Source: Planctomycetota bacterium
Lineage (GTDB): Bacteria > Planctomycetota > UBA1135
Length of the DNA: 61,992 nucleotides
Reading direction: 5' to 3'
Assembly (NCBI GenBank): GCA_049609225.1
Contig: JBMYYH010000003.1
Coordinates: forward strand, 1 to 61,992
Below the pieces are notes generated by a model. The model had not been told where the DNA came from. It ran no database searches and saw only the letters and a program-made list of their open reading frames with translations. Below, piece by piece: positions 33,212-42,680 of the stretch. The number at the start of each line of letters is the position of its first letter. Position 1 is the first letter of the stretch. The position numbers and the translations under genes were made by a program.

Positions 33212-33228
33212 CTTAAGGAAGGCTGAAT
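33212..33228 (-). promoter_or_regulatory. OmpR-family (PmrA/QseB-like) direct-repeat box
   Basis: Minus strand ATTCAG-N5-CTTAAG, then a TAGCAT -10 at 33201-33196 just before ATG 33191. Confidence 0.5.
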
Positions 33229-33247
33229 GGCCGGGACGTAGGATTAG

Positions 33248-33802
33248 GTGGTGTCTCGGGCATCCAAATCCTCCGAAATCATTGCAACCGAAGGCCCTGT
33301 GCCTCCGGTAGACGATGCCATGGAGGGCAAACTGCCCGAGGAGATCCCTTTCCTGCGCGCCTTCCTGCGCCGGCTCGTAGTCGGCTGCCCTGATCTCGAC
33401 CTCGACGACCTTCAGCAACAGACCATGGACCGCGCCCTCCGCTACCGCGAAACGTACGACGCAAAGAAGTCGTTGCGTCCGTGGTTGCAGACCATCGGAT
33501 TCCGGGTGTTCCTGGATGCACGCGATGCGTCGCAGCGGGGGCCCTTCATGATGAGGGAAGGGGAGGAGCCGGAAGTGATGGGGATCACTGCCGAAGCCTC
33601 AGCGCGGCAACAGGAGTTGCTTCGGGTCTTGAGGACCTTGCCGAAACCGCAGGGGGAAGTGCTGGAGCGCTTCTACCTGCGGGAGGAATCGGTGCAGGAG
33701 ATTGCAGAGGCTTTGGACATCGCCCAAGGCACCGTGAAATCCCATTTGCATCGCGGGCGTAAGCGTCTGGCGGAAGAGCAGCGGATGGAGGCTTGGTTAT
33801 GA
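33248..33802 (+). CDS. ECF RNA polymerase sigma factor
   Basis: DDLQQQT, LRPWLQTI, region 4 SVQEIAEALDIAQGTVKSHLHRGR; start codon uncertain. Confidence 0.9.
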   Translation: MVSRASKSSEIIATEGPVPPVDDAMEGKLPEEIPFLRAFLRRLVVGCPDLDLDDLQQQTMDRALRYRETYDAKKSLRPWLQTIGFRVFLDARDASQRGPFMMREGEEPEVMGITAEASARQQELLRVLRTLPKPQGEVLERFYLREESVQEIAEALDIAQGTVKSHLHRGRKRLAEEQRMEAWL

Positions 33803-34245
33803 ACCGGGCATCCTCCTTGATCGAGCGCGCGCAAGATCTGTTGGATCAACGTCTGGATCCATTTGAGGATGCCGCGTTGTGCGAGGCGTTGATGGAAGAC
33901 GTCGAAGCGTTGGAGCAGATCACGCATATGCGTGCGGTGCACCTGGAGCTGGCGGCGATGCGTCGGATGGAAAAGCCGCGGGGGAGGCAGCGTTGGGGTT
34001 GGATGGGATTGCCGGCAGCTGCGGCTTTGCTGCTATGGATGGCGTCGGATCGCGAATGGGGGGAGAAGGATATGCCCGTCACGCCGACAGCGATGCATGA
34101 AACGGAAAGGCAGGATGTCGCACCGGCGGCTCCAGCGATTTTGAAGGTGCGGGAGAAGGTCCGCACCACGGCGGTGCAGCAACGTCCGCAAGGGAACCTG
34201 CTGCGCGTCAAGATTACGACTACGGAACACGCAACACAGACTTGA
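33799..34245 (+). CDS. Putative membrane-anchored anti-sigma factor
   Basis: ATGA overlap with the sigma gene; single TM helix WMGLPAAAALLLW. Confidence 0.65.
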   Translation: MNRASSLIERAQDLLDQRLDPFEDAALCEALMEDVEALEQITHMRAVHLELAAMRRMEKPRGRQRWGWMGLPAAAALLLWMASDREWGEKDMPVTPTAMHETERQDVAPAAPAILKVREKVRTTAVQQRPQGNLLRVKITTTEHATQT

Positions 34246-34246
34246 A

Positions 34247-35374
34247 ATGATGATCCTCTCACTCCTTTGTCTCGCGCCGATGCTGCAGCAAGCCAGTGAC
34301 TCGGTGCAGCGACAGCTGAACCTGCACGAGATTGCGGATTTGGTCGATCCAGCGGCCGGCCTGCAGGATATGTGGGCGCGCGAGTTGCTCTACACCACTT
34401 CCTTGTTGGCATTGACCGATGCCAACACCGAAAACTTAGACCCCACCGAAGCTGCGGTCCTGAGTTGGGTCGCCATGGGGCTTCAGCCTGATGAGGATCA
34501 AGAACCAGCGCGAGTCTCGGAGGATCTGCTGCTCACTCACGCGCTTACTAATTCCGCGGTTGCCTTCCTCGGCGCCGAAGCGCAACGCACGGTCTATCCT
34601 TTTGATGATCACGATCAACTGATTCAGGTCATCACCACTTTCATGGATCCGCCTTTCGAGAACAGCGGCGCGAGCTTGAAGGTGGAAGACAAGGGCGATG
34701 GGCCTATCCTCATCTCCTATCTCACCAAAGAACAGCAAGCGTGGCTGGAGCGATTCCTCGAGTACCAACGTGGCGAGATGGCTTGGCAAGGATTGGTGAG
34801 GGTCGAGGTCCTGCAGGGTGATTTGGATCGCCTGACCAGTATCGATCCAGAGATGCGTCTTTCCTTGATGGCGGATCCTGCGTTGCTGGAAGAACGTCGC
34901 GCCGCGCTCAAGAAGAGTGACTTCCAAATCCTCAACGATGCCAAGTTGTTGTTGAATCCATACCACGATGGGGAACTCCGCATTGCCGAGCAGATCAGCT
35001 ATGTCAGTGACTGGAGTCTTTACACCGTGCAACCGGGGGGCATGGAAGTTGCGGATCCCACCGTCGAGATGATGGAGGAGGGCCTGGAATTGGAATGCCG
35101 CATTTGGCAGGCCGAAGAGGGGAGTTATGGCATCCACCTCGACCTGAGTTATTCGGAGATCCAACAGCCCATCCCGACCCACGATCTCGCGGTCGAAGGC
35201 GCGCATGGCCTCAAGGAGTTCACCATCAGTGCTCCAGAACTTCGCTCCACCGATGTGGAAGCCGATGTCCGCGTGATGGATGGCACCGGCCTGCAACTCG
35301 TCGCCCAATCGCCAGATTCGAACCAAGACATCGTCCTGCTGATCAGCTTCCGCGCGATCTCCACCGAGGAGTGA
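34247..35374 (+). CDS. Secreted protein with a partial secretin-like C-terminal domain
   Basis: Signal peptide; EQISYVSDW...DPTVEMMEEGLELECR...IHLDL resembles the secretin beta-sheet pattern. Confidence 0.55.
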   Translation: MMILSLLCLAPMLQQASDSVQRQLNLHEIADLVDPAAGLQDMWARELLYTTSLLALTDANTENLDPTEAAVLSWVAMGLQPDEDQEPARVSEDLLLTHALTNSAVAFLGAEAQRTVYPFDDHDQLIQVITTFMDPPFENSGASLKVEDKGDGPILISYLTKEQQAWLERFLEYQRGEMAWQGLVRVEVLQGDLDRLTSIDPEMRLSLMADPALLEERRAALKKSDFQILNDAKLLLNPYHDGELRIAEQISYVSDWSLYTVQPGGMEVADPTVEMMEEGLELECRIWQAEEGSYGIHLDLSYSEIQQPIPTHDLAVEGAHGLKEFTISAPELRSTDVEADVRVMDGTGLQLVAQSPDSNQDIVLLISFRAISTEE

Positions 35375-35423
35375 GTCGATAACTCCCGTGCGAGGGTCGG
35401 CATGGTCGGAGTAGAATCTCCAT

Positions 35424-36545
35424 ATGCCGACCCTCCTGCATGATGCCGACGTCTTCGCCCCCGAAGCTCTCGGGCGCCGCGATCTCCTTCTTGGCGGAGG
35501 ACGCATCTTGGGCATTGGCGCGGTCGGGGCTCTCGACCAGAGCCTTCCCGCCGATGCGCCACTGGAGGTGGTGGATCTACAAGGCGCGCGTTTGATTCCC
35601 GGGCTGGTGGATATCCACGCCCACATCACCGGAGGTGGTGGTGAGGATGGCGCATCGACCAAAGTGCCGGCGCCGCTGTTCCAGTCGTATATGGATGCCG
35701 GCGTGACTTCGGTCGTCGGCCTCCTCGGCACCGATGATGTCACCCGGTCGACTGCCGAACTACTCGCCGGAGTGCGCAGTCTGCGCGAACAAGGAATGTC
35801 CGCCTGGTGTTGGACCGGCGGTTACCACCTGCCCGCAACCACTCTCACCGGCAGTGTGCGCGGCGACATCGTGCATTTGGATGCTGTCCTCGGCGCTGGA
35901 GAGATCGCCATTTCCGATCACCGTTCCAGTCAGCCAACGCTCGATGAGTTCCTGCGCGTGGCAAGTGATTGTCATGTCGGCGGCCTCATCGCACGCAAAG
36001 CGGGTGTCTTGCACTTGCACCTTGGCGACGGCTCCCGCGGCCTCGACTTGATCCGCCAAGCTCTCGATCAGAGCGAAGTCCCAGCACGCGTCTTCCAACC
36101 CACCCACGTCAATCGCCGCACCGCCCTGTTCGACGAAGCCATGGAGTTGACTCAACGCGGTTGTCACATCGACCTCACCGCCTTTCCGGTCGAGGATGGC
36201 GAAGATGCCCTCACCGCAGCCGATGGCTTCCGACGTTACTTCTCCGCCGGCCTGCCGCTCAACCAGATCAGCATCTCCAGTGATGGTGGCGGTTGTCTTC
36301 CGGTGTTCAATGAGAAGGGCGAGATGACTTCCTTCGACATCGGCACCAGCATTGCACTGTCGGAAACCCTCGCCGAGCTCGTTGCTGGCGGGATTCCGTT
36401 GGAACAGGCCCTGCCGGCCTTCACTTCCAACCCTGCGGATCACCTGCGCCTCCATGGCAAGGGCCACATCGCCGTAGGCGCCGACGCGGACCTCGTGCAG
36501 CTGGATGCGGAAGGTAAAGTGGCCAGAGTTTGGACTTGTCATTAG
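35424..36545 (+). CDS. iadA: Beta-aspartyl peptidase (isoaspartyl dipeptidase)
   Basis: PGLVDIHAHITGGGGE, GLLGTD, TGGY, GEIAISDHRSSQP, HLHLGD, PTHVNR, SSDGGG. Confidence 0.93.
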   Translation: MPTLLHDADVFAPEALGRRDLLLGGGRILGIGAVGALDQSLPADAPLEVVDLQGARLIPGLVDIHAHITGGGGEDGASTKVPAPLFQSYMDAGVTSVVGLLGTDDVTRSTAELLAGVRSLREQGMSAWCWTGGYHLPATTLTGSVRGDIVHLDAVLGAGEIAISDHRSSQPTLDEFLRVASDCHVGGLIARKAGVLHLHLGDGSRGLDLIRQALDQSEVPARVFQPTHVNRRTALFDEAMELTQRGCHIDLTAFPVEDGEDALTAADGFRRYFSAGLPLNQISISSDGGGCLPVFNEKGEMTSFDIGTSIALSETLAELVAGGIPLEQALPAFTSNPADHLRLHGKGHIAVGADADLVQLDAEGKVARVWTCH

Positions 36546-36585
36546 ATTCACTCGCCCAAGACGGCTGGTCCATTAAAGAGAAAAT

Positions 36586-37413
36586 ATGAAAAACCGAGGC
36601 TATAACCCTACCCGTCGAAATCGAAACATCGGTACTTCGAAGTCAGGGCATGGGCGTAACAATAAGATGAATATCCCTGACCCGTGGGTCGAGGAAGATC
36701 GGTACTACGAGCGATTGAAGAAAGCGATTTCACTCTCGCTGAAGGTGCATGGCAGGGAGGTACCGTTCTTAGTCGAGCCGCCAGCCGAAGACTTCTATTA
36801 CGCGGTGACCCCGGAAGAGATGGAAGTCGTCCTGAATCTCCTGCCGCCTAGGCACGTCGTGGATTTGGAGTACTTTGTCTTGCGTCAACAGAAGGCAAAG
36901 GAGCTTCTTTTTGAATCGAAGTGGGGATGTTTCCGCGTCTTCTCGACGACCGGGAAATATATGGGCCGGTCCATCCATCTCTGTTCTCAAAGAAAGGTTG
37001 ACGTGATCCCGTGGGCCAAGTCCTTGAGCAAGTGTAATGCGGAGGAGTTGAAGCGGCTTGAGGGCGATGGCCATAGGATTACGTCTGACGCAAGGAAATA
37101 TTACATTCATACTTCTCTAGACTCCAATCGGAATACACAGCTATTCAGGACTTTGCCCCATGAGGTGGGGCATCATGTCGATGCCATGGAGCAATATGAA
37201 TGGCCGGGGGAGGATGAGCACGAAGCTTGGGAACTTCTTTTCGACCGGTATTACTCCAGACCATCACGAGAAAGGGAAGACTACGCCCATCGTTATGCTG
37301 ATGAGTTCTTCAGGAGGCAAGTAGAGCTCAAGAACCTGCCGTTTCCTCGTATTATGAATCTAGAAAGATTCGAGGGTTTCGGTATTCGTCCGGAATGGTT
37401 TCAGACCTCATGA
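36586..37413 (+). CDS. Hypothetical protein with an HExxH motif (zincin-like)
   Basis: TLPHEVGHH followed by EDYA; visibly more AT-rich than the flanks. Confidence 0.75.
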   Translation: MKNRGYNPTRRNRNIGTSKSGHGRNNKMNIPDPWVEEDRYYERLKKAISLSLKVHGREVPFLVEPPAEDFYYAVTPEEMEVVLNLLPPRHVVDLEYFVLRQQKAKELLFESKWGCFRVFSTTGKYMGRSIHLCSQRKVDVIPWAKSLSKCNAEELKRLEGDGHRITSDARKYYIHTSLDSNRNTQLFRTLPHEVGHHVDAMEQYEWPGEDEHEAWELLFDRYYSRPSREREDYAHRYADEFFRRQVELKNLPFPRIMNLERFEGFGIRPEWFQTS

Positions 37414-38330
37414 GAAAAACCACCTTTATCGTCTTGGGGGCATGCCTCCTGCTGGGGTTTGGATGCGCTAAACCCAAACTTGAAATTGAATTTGCCGATG
37501 TCACGCTGCTAGAGCAATCTCTACCCGTGAACTTGAATGCTGAGGAGAACTTGGACCAAGATATAGCGAGGCTATTCAGCCTTCTTCATGATGAGTTTTT
37601 CGGTTATCTCGGACCAGATCCATGGCTTCATAACCATTACGTGGAAGGCACCGAGGCGGTGGATGAAGATTCGGATTACACGTGGATTGACGGGAAGCAA
37701 TGGCAAGACCTTTCTCCTGCTGTGCATTCCGCCTGGGAAGCAACCCTTCAATGGCACCAAAATTACAAGGTGACTCCAGAGCGAAGGATGATTGGTGGGT
37801 TCGAAGCCTTTGCATCAGCGTTAAGTTGGACCCATGAAGAAATAGAGTTGTTCCTGCAGGTGGCTGAGGACAAAGAGGAAGTGCTGATGGTCTTTGCGCA
37901 CTTCAACCAAGTCCAATGGGAGGAATGGAGTTTCCTGGGGGCCGATAGAGTGGTGTCAAATTTTTGGAAGTACCTTGATGATTCCCCATATTTCACAGAC
38001 GCCCAGCGAGACGCAGCCCGTTTGGCCTACCCGCTTGATAGAGAGGTCAGTCTGTTTCGAACTCGGCTGGCTCTCATCGAAGTCATCCGGTCCATTGAGA
38101 ATGGTGACCATGAAGACAATCCAGATGGCCTGTCCCGTCTCGAGCAGAAGCGAATCTCCGCAGAATCCAAACGGATCGTTGAGATTCTCGGAGGAGAGTA
38201 CCCCTTCTCGGATGCGGAGGTCCTTTATCTGCAATCCTCATTCCTCTTCCGCCGCGTTAATAATCACAGCTATTTCTTGCTGGAAGAAACCAATCTCCCC
38301 TGGGCCACCTCATCCGTATTTGAGGAATAG
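37410..38330 (+). CDS. Putative lipoprotein
   Basis: MRKTTFIVLGACLLLGFG-C lipobox; ATGA overlap with the previous gene. Confidence 0.75.
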   Translation: MRKTTFIVLGACLLLGFGCAKPKLEIEFADVTLLEQSLPVNLNAEENLDQDIARLFSLLHDEFFGYLGPDPWLHNHYVEGTEAVDEDSDYTWIDGKQWQDLSPAVHSAWEATLQWHQNYKVTPERRMIGGFEAFASALSWTHEEIELFLQVAEDKEEVLMVFAHFNQVQWEEWSFLGADRVVSNFWKYLDDSPYFTDAQRDAARLAYPLDREVSLFRTRLALIEVIRSIENGDHEDNPDGLSRLEQKRISAESKRIVEILGGEYPFSDAEVLYLQSSFLFRRVNNHSYFLLEETNLPWATSSVFEE

Positions 38331-38332
38331 CC

Positions 38333-38986
38333 ATGTCGATTCACTCCAGCCACGCCCTTCCGCTGCTGCTCCTCGCAGCCTGCCAGGCGCCAGAATCTCA
38401 AAGCGAGCAAGACACCCTTCACTATGCCCAATGGGAGTCCACCACCGATTACTTCGCACCCTTCCGCGCCAAGGTTTGGGAGCAGGGGCAGTGGGCGACG
38501 GGTACGGGATACCTTGGTGTCGATGAAGAAGGCGTCGGGCATCTCATTTTCCATCCGCGGGAGCTCCGGCTCGACGATTCCCTGTTGGAGATCGACAGTG
38601 AAATGGTGCGGATGGAGATCCAGTGGGAAGCCGATCGAGTCCTTCTGGGCCTGACCAACCAGCCAAACGGTAGCGGCATGACCTTGAGCTCCCTTTACTC
38701 CTCGGAAATGCCTGAGATAGAGGAAGGCGCTCACCCGATGTGGCCATGGAGGGTCTGGCCGTCTGATTTGGATGCGCTCCTGAGTTTCGACGCCACCAAT
38801 ACCGAGTGGCGCCTGACCCTTCCTCATGACGAGGGCGAGGAGATCCTCATTTTCGAGCAAGGTGGTCCCTGGGCCGAGCGTCCCGATGGGTCGATTCCGA
38901 TCTTCGCCGAACCGGAACCCGGCCGCTTCACGCGCGACGGCGTGGAACTTGTCGCACCCTACTGGAATATCCAGGTCAAGCACTAG
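38333..38986 (+). CDS. Putative lipoprotein
   Basis: LLLLAA-C lipobox; GAGG upstream. Confidence 0.7.
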   Translation: MSIHSSHALPLLLLAACQAPESQSEQDTLHYAQWESTTDYFAPFRAKVWEQGQWATGTGYLGVDEEGVGHLIFHPRELRLDDSLLEIDSEMVRMEIQWEADRVLLGLTNQPNGSGMTLSSLYSSEMPEIEEGAHPMWPWRVWPSDLDALLSFDATNTEWRLTLPHDEGEEILIFEQGGPWAERPDGSIPIFAEPEPGRFTRDGVELVAPYWNIQVKH

Positions 38987-39021
38987 CATTCCCAGGACCC
39001 TGGTAGAATCTCCACGAACCC

Positions 39022-39846
39022 ATGAGTCGTGGCTACCTCATCCCCATCGGTGGCGCGGAAGAGAAATTCCGTGATCCCGCCATCCTGAAACGATTTGCTG
39101 ACGTCTGCGGTGGCAGCGAAGCACGAATCGTCATCATTCCAACCGCCTCCCGTCTGGAGGAGACCGGCCCGCGTTATGTGGAGCTGTTCAAGGACTTCGG
39201 CGTCGCGCATGCGGTGAGCCTTCCGTTCGAGGAGCGCAGTGATTGCGCTCGCGAGGATTGGCTGAAGGAGCTGCAGGAAGCAACCGGTGTGTTCATCACC
39301 GGCGGCAATCAGTTGCGCTTGTCGACCACCATCGGCGGCACCGCCGTTGCGGACTTGTTGCGGCATCGCAACAACCATGAAGGCTTGACCGTCGGCGGCA
39401 CTTCCGCGGGCGCGTCGATCCTGAGTGAGCACATGATTGCTTATGGCGATGAAGGCGCTACTCCGCGTTGCGACATGGTGTCCCTCGCACCGGGCTTTGG
39501 ACTCACGCACGAGTTCATCGTCGACCAGCATTTCCAGCAGCGCGACCGCCTCGGACGTCTGCTCACTTCGCTGGCCTTCAATCCACGTCCGATCGGCATC
39601 GGCTTGGATGAAGACACCGCCGCATTCATCTCGCCGGAAGACGAACTGGAAGTCGTCGGCAGTGGTGCGATCACGGTGATTGACCCTTCGCAGATGGATT
39701 TCAGTTCCATGGATTCCGCCCGACGCCATGAACCGGTGAGCGTCATCGGGATTCGTCTGCACATTCTGACGGACGGCTGTACCTTCGACATTCCCTCGCG
39801 CGAAGCACGCCACCCTGCCGCCCAGCCTGCACAGCCCACCCCCTGA
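39022..39846 (+). CDS. cphB: Cyanophycinase
   Basis: IGGAEEK, IPTAS, TGGNQLRL, GTSAGA nucleophile, DQHFQQRDRLGRL, GLDEDT. Confidence 0.95.
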   Translation: MSRGYLIPIGGAEEKFRDPAILKRFADVCGGSEARIVIIPTASRLEETGPRYVELFKDFGVAHAVSLPFEERSDCAREDWLKELQEATGVFITGGNQLRLSTTIGGTAVADLLRHRNNHEGLTVGGTSAGASILSEHMIAYGDEGATPRCDMVSLAPGFGLTHEFIVDQHFQQRDRLGRLLTSLAFNPRPIGIGLDEDTAAFISPEDELEVVGSGAITVIDPSQMDFSSMDSARRHEPVSVIGIRLHILTDGCTFDIPSREARHPAAQPAQPTP

Positions 39847-39849
39847 CCG

Positions 39850-42648
39850 ATGAAGATCCTCGACCGCTCCGTTTACCTCGGGCCTAGCCTCTACGCCCAT
39901 TTCCCGGTCATTCGCATGACCATGGACCTCGAGGAGCTCGAGGATTGGCCGACCGCCAAGCTCGGGGATGGTTTCATCGACGCCCTGCTCGACGCCCTTC
40001 CTGGTCTAGCGGAACACGGTTGTAGTTATCGCGAAGCCGGCGGATTCGTCCGACGCATGCGCGAAGACGAAGGCACTTGGATGGGGCATGTGTTCGAGCA
40101 TGTCGCGATCGAACTGCAGAGCATGGCTGGCAGTCCGGTGTCCTTCGGCAAGACCCGCAGTAATGGCGAGTACGGTCAATACGATGTGGTCTTCCAGTAC
40201 GAGTCGGAAGAGGTCGGGCTTGAAGCCGCGTCCTTGAGCATGCGTCTGCTGCAGCATCTCCTTCCGGAGAACCTGCAGCCGGAGTCGATCCGCAACGAGG
40301 AGTTCGATTGGGAAGACGAGCGTGATTCCTTCATCCGCTTCGCCCAACGGCGCGCCCTCGGCCCGTCGACCGCATCCTTGGTGCGCGCCGCGGAAGAGCG
40401 CAACATCCCCTGGATTCGCCTCAACAAGTACAGCCTGGTGCAACTCGGGCATGCTTGTTATGGCAAACGCATCCAGGCGACGATCACTTCGGAGACGCGT
40501 CACATCGGCGTGGAAATAGCTTCCGATAAGGAGGAGACCAACAAGCTGCTCGCTGACCTCGGCCTGCCGGTCGCGAAGCAGGGGCTGGTCTATTCCGAAC
40601 GTTCGGCGGTGCGCACCGCCAAGCGCATCGGCTTCCCAGTCGTGATCAAACCGCTCAACGCCAATCATGGCCGCGGTGTTTCGATCAATCTGAAGACGGA
40701 TGAGGAAGTGCAGACTGCTTTCGAGAACGCGCGCCTGCATAGCCGTGCGGTCATCGTCGAGAGTTTCCTCAGCGGTTTCGATCACCGCCTATTGGTGGTG
40801 AATGGAACTTTGGTCGCCGCATCGAAGCGCGTGCCGGGTCACGTGGTCGGCGATGGCAAGAAGACCATCGAGGAGTTGATCGAAGTCGTGAACCAGGATC
40901 CACGTCGTGGTATCGGTCACGAGAAGGTCCTCACCAAGTTGGAGCTCGACTATCAGGCCAATCGCCTGCTCGAGCTCAAGGGCTTCACCAAGGATGACGT
41001 CCCGGAAGAGGGCAAGGTGGTTTACCTGCGCAGCACCGGCAACTTGTCCACCGGTGGTACCGCCGTCGATGTCACCGACCTGCTCCACCCCGACAACCGC
41101 TCCATGGCGGAACGCGCCGCGCGCGCCATCGGCCTGGATGTCTGCGGTGTCGACTTCCTCACCGACGACATCTCCGTCAGCTACAAGGTTGGTGGCGGTG
41201 GCATCTGCGAGGTCAATGCCGCACCTGGATTCCGCATGCACGTCGCGCCTTCCGAAGGCACGCCGCGTGATGTGGCTGGTCCGGTGATGGACATGCTGTT
41301 CCCGGAAGGGTCGCCGTCGCGCATTCCGATCTGCAGCATCACCGGTACCAACGGCAAGACCACCACCGCACGGATGGTGTCGCACATCTTCAAGATGACC
41401 GGCAAGGTGACCGGCCTCACCACCACGGATGGCGTCTACATCGATGGTCACCTCACGGTGAACGGCGACATGACCGGACCCGCGTCGGCGCGCATCGTCT
41501 TGCGCGACCCGAAAGTGGAAGTGGCAGTGCTGGAAACCGCACGTGGCGGTATGTTGCGTCGCGGTTTGGCTTATCGCAGCTGTGATGTCGGCGCGGTCTT
41601 GAATGTGCAGGCCGACCACCTCGGCTTGAAGGGAGTGGATACTCTCGAAGACCTGGCCAAGGTCAAGCGCATCGTCGCGGAGATCGCGAAGGATACGGCG
41701 GTCCTCAACGCGGATGATCCGCTGTGCTTGCAGATGGCCGACCACACGCGGTCGGAGCATCTTTGCTACGTGACCATGAACAGCTCGCACCCCTTGGTGC
41801 GCGATCACATCCGCGCTGGCGGACGTGCCATCGTGCTGGAGCAGGGTATGGGCGGCATGATGATCACCATCTACGACAAGGAGCAGCACATTCCTTTGTT
41901 GTGGGCGCACATGATTCCCGCCACCCTCGACGGACGCGCCTTGCACAACGTGCAGAATGCGATGTTCGCTGCAGGTATCGCCTTCAGCATGGGTGTGGAT
42001 CTTGAAGAGATCCGCCACGGCTTGCGCACCTTCGACACCAGCTTCTTCCAGGCGCCGGGCCGCATGAACATCTGCGATGACCACCCCTTCAAGGTCATCA
42101 TGGACTATGGCCACAACCCTGCCGCGGTGAAGGCCATGGTGGAGTTGAGCGTGCGTTTGGAGCCTAAGGGCAAGCGCATCTTGGTGCTGGCAGCGCCGGG
42201 CGATCGTCGGGATGAGGATGTGCGAGAGATCGCAAGCCTCTGCGCTGGCAAGTTCGATCACTACATCTGTCGTCGCGATGATGGATTGCGCGGGCGTGAG
42301 TCGGATGAGATTCCGATGATGCTGCGCGAACAGTTGATGGCCGATGGAGTGCCGTCGGATGCCATCGAGATGATTCCTGATGAAGAGGCAGCCGTCGACC
42401 ATGCCCTCAACATGGCGCGGAAGGATGACCAGGTGCTGATCTTCGTCGATGCGATCGGACGCAGTTGGCGTCAGATCCAGGAGTTTCAGTCGGATGAAGC
42501 CGATGCTTCCACCGAGGATGCGCATGCTCCACATACGGTGGATCTCGGCGCCTTCGGCAGCTTTCAGGACCTAGGTCTCGACAACGAAGTCGAACTGATC
42601 CGTGACGAACGTGGAGTCCGTATCGCCGCCAGCGAGGAAGCTGACTAG
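39850..42648 (+). CDS. cphA: Cyanophycin synthetase (CphA1 architecture: N, G and M domains)
   Basis: N domain HGCS...GGF...HVFEH; LGPST; ATP-grasp KPLNANHGRGV, NLSTGG, EVNAAPG; Mur-like TGTNGKTT, ETARGG, DHLG, PGR, DYGHN. Confidence 0.97.
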   Translation: MKILDRSVYLGPSLYAHFPVIRMTMDLEELEDWPTAKLGDGFIDALLDALPGLAEHGCSYREAGGFVRRMREDEGTWMGHVFEHVAIELQSMAGSPVSFGKTRSNGEYGQYDVVFQYESEEVGLEAASLSMRLLQHLLPENLQPESIRNEEFDWEDERDSFIRFAQRRALGPSTASLVRAAEERNIPWIRLNKYSLVQLGHACYGKRIQATITSETRHIGVEIASDKEETNKLLADLGLPVAKQGLVYSERSAVRTAKRIGFPVVIKPLNANHGRGVSINLKTDEEVQTAFENARLHSRAVIVESFLSGFDHRLLVVNGTLVAASKRVPGHVVGDGKKTIEELIEVVNQDPRRGIGHEKVLTKLELDYQANRLLELKGFTKDDVPEEGKVVYLRSTGNLSTGGTAVDVTDLLHPDNRSMAERAARAIGLDVCGVDFLTDDISVSYKVGGGGICEVNAAPGFRMHVAPSEGTPRDVAGPVMDMLFPEGSPSRIPICSITGTNGKTTTARMVSHIFKMTGKVTGLTTTDGVYIDGHLTVNGDMTGPASARIVLRDPKVEVAVLETARGGMLRRGLAYRSCDVGAVLNVQADHLGLKGVDTLEDLAKVKRIVAEIAKDTAVLNADDPLCLQMADHTRSEHLCYVTMNSSHPLVRDHIRAGGRAIVLEQGMGGMMITIYDKEQHIPLLWAHMIPATLDGRALHNVQNAMFAAGIAFSMGVDLEEIRHGLRTFDTSFFQAPGRMNICDDHPFKVIMDYGHNPAAVKAMVELSVRLEPKGKRILVLAAPGDRRDEDVREIASLCAGKFDHYICRRDDGLRGRESDEIPMMLREQLMADGVPSDAIEMIPDEEAAVDHALNMARKDDQVLIFVDAIGRSWRQIQEFQSDEADASTEDAHAPHTVDLGAFGSFQDLGLDNEVELIRDERGVRIAASEEAD

Positions 42649-42680
42649 TCCCCCGACCGGTCCGAGAGGAATCTAGCGAC

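Noticed and set aside
39844-39852. The cphB stop TGA is in frame with cphA (TGA-CCG-ATG), so read-through or Sec fusion is conceivable
   Set aside because: CphB is complete before the stop, CphA begins with its normal MKIL start, and no SECIS-like hairpin follows
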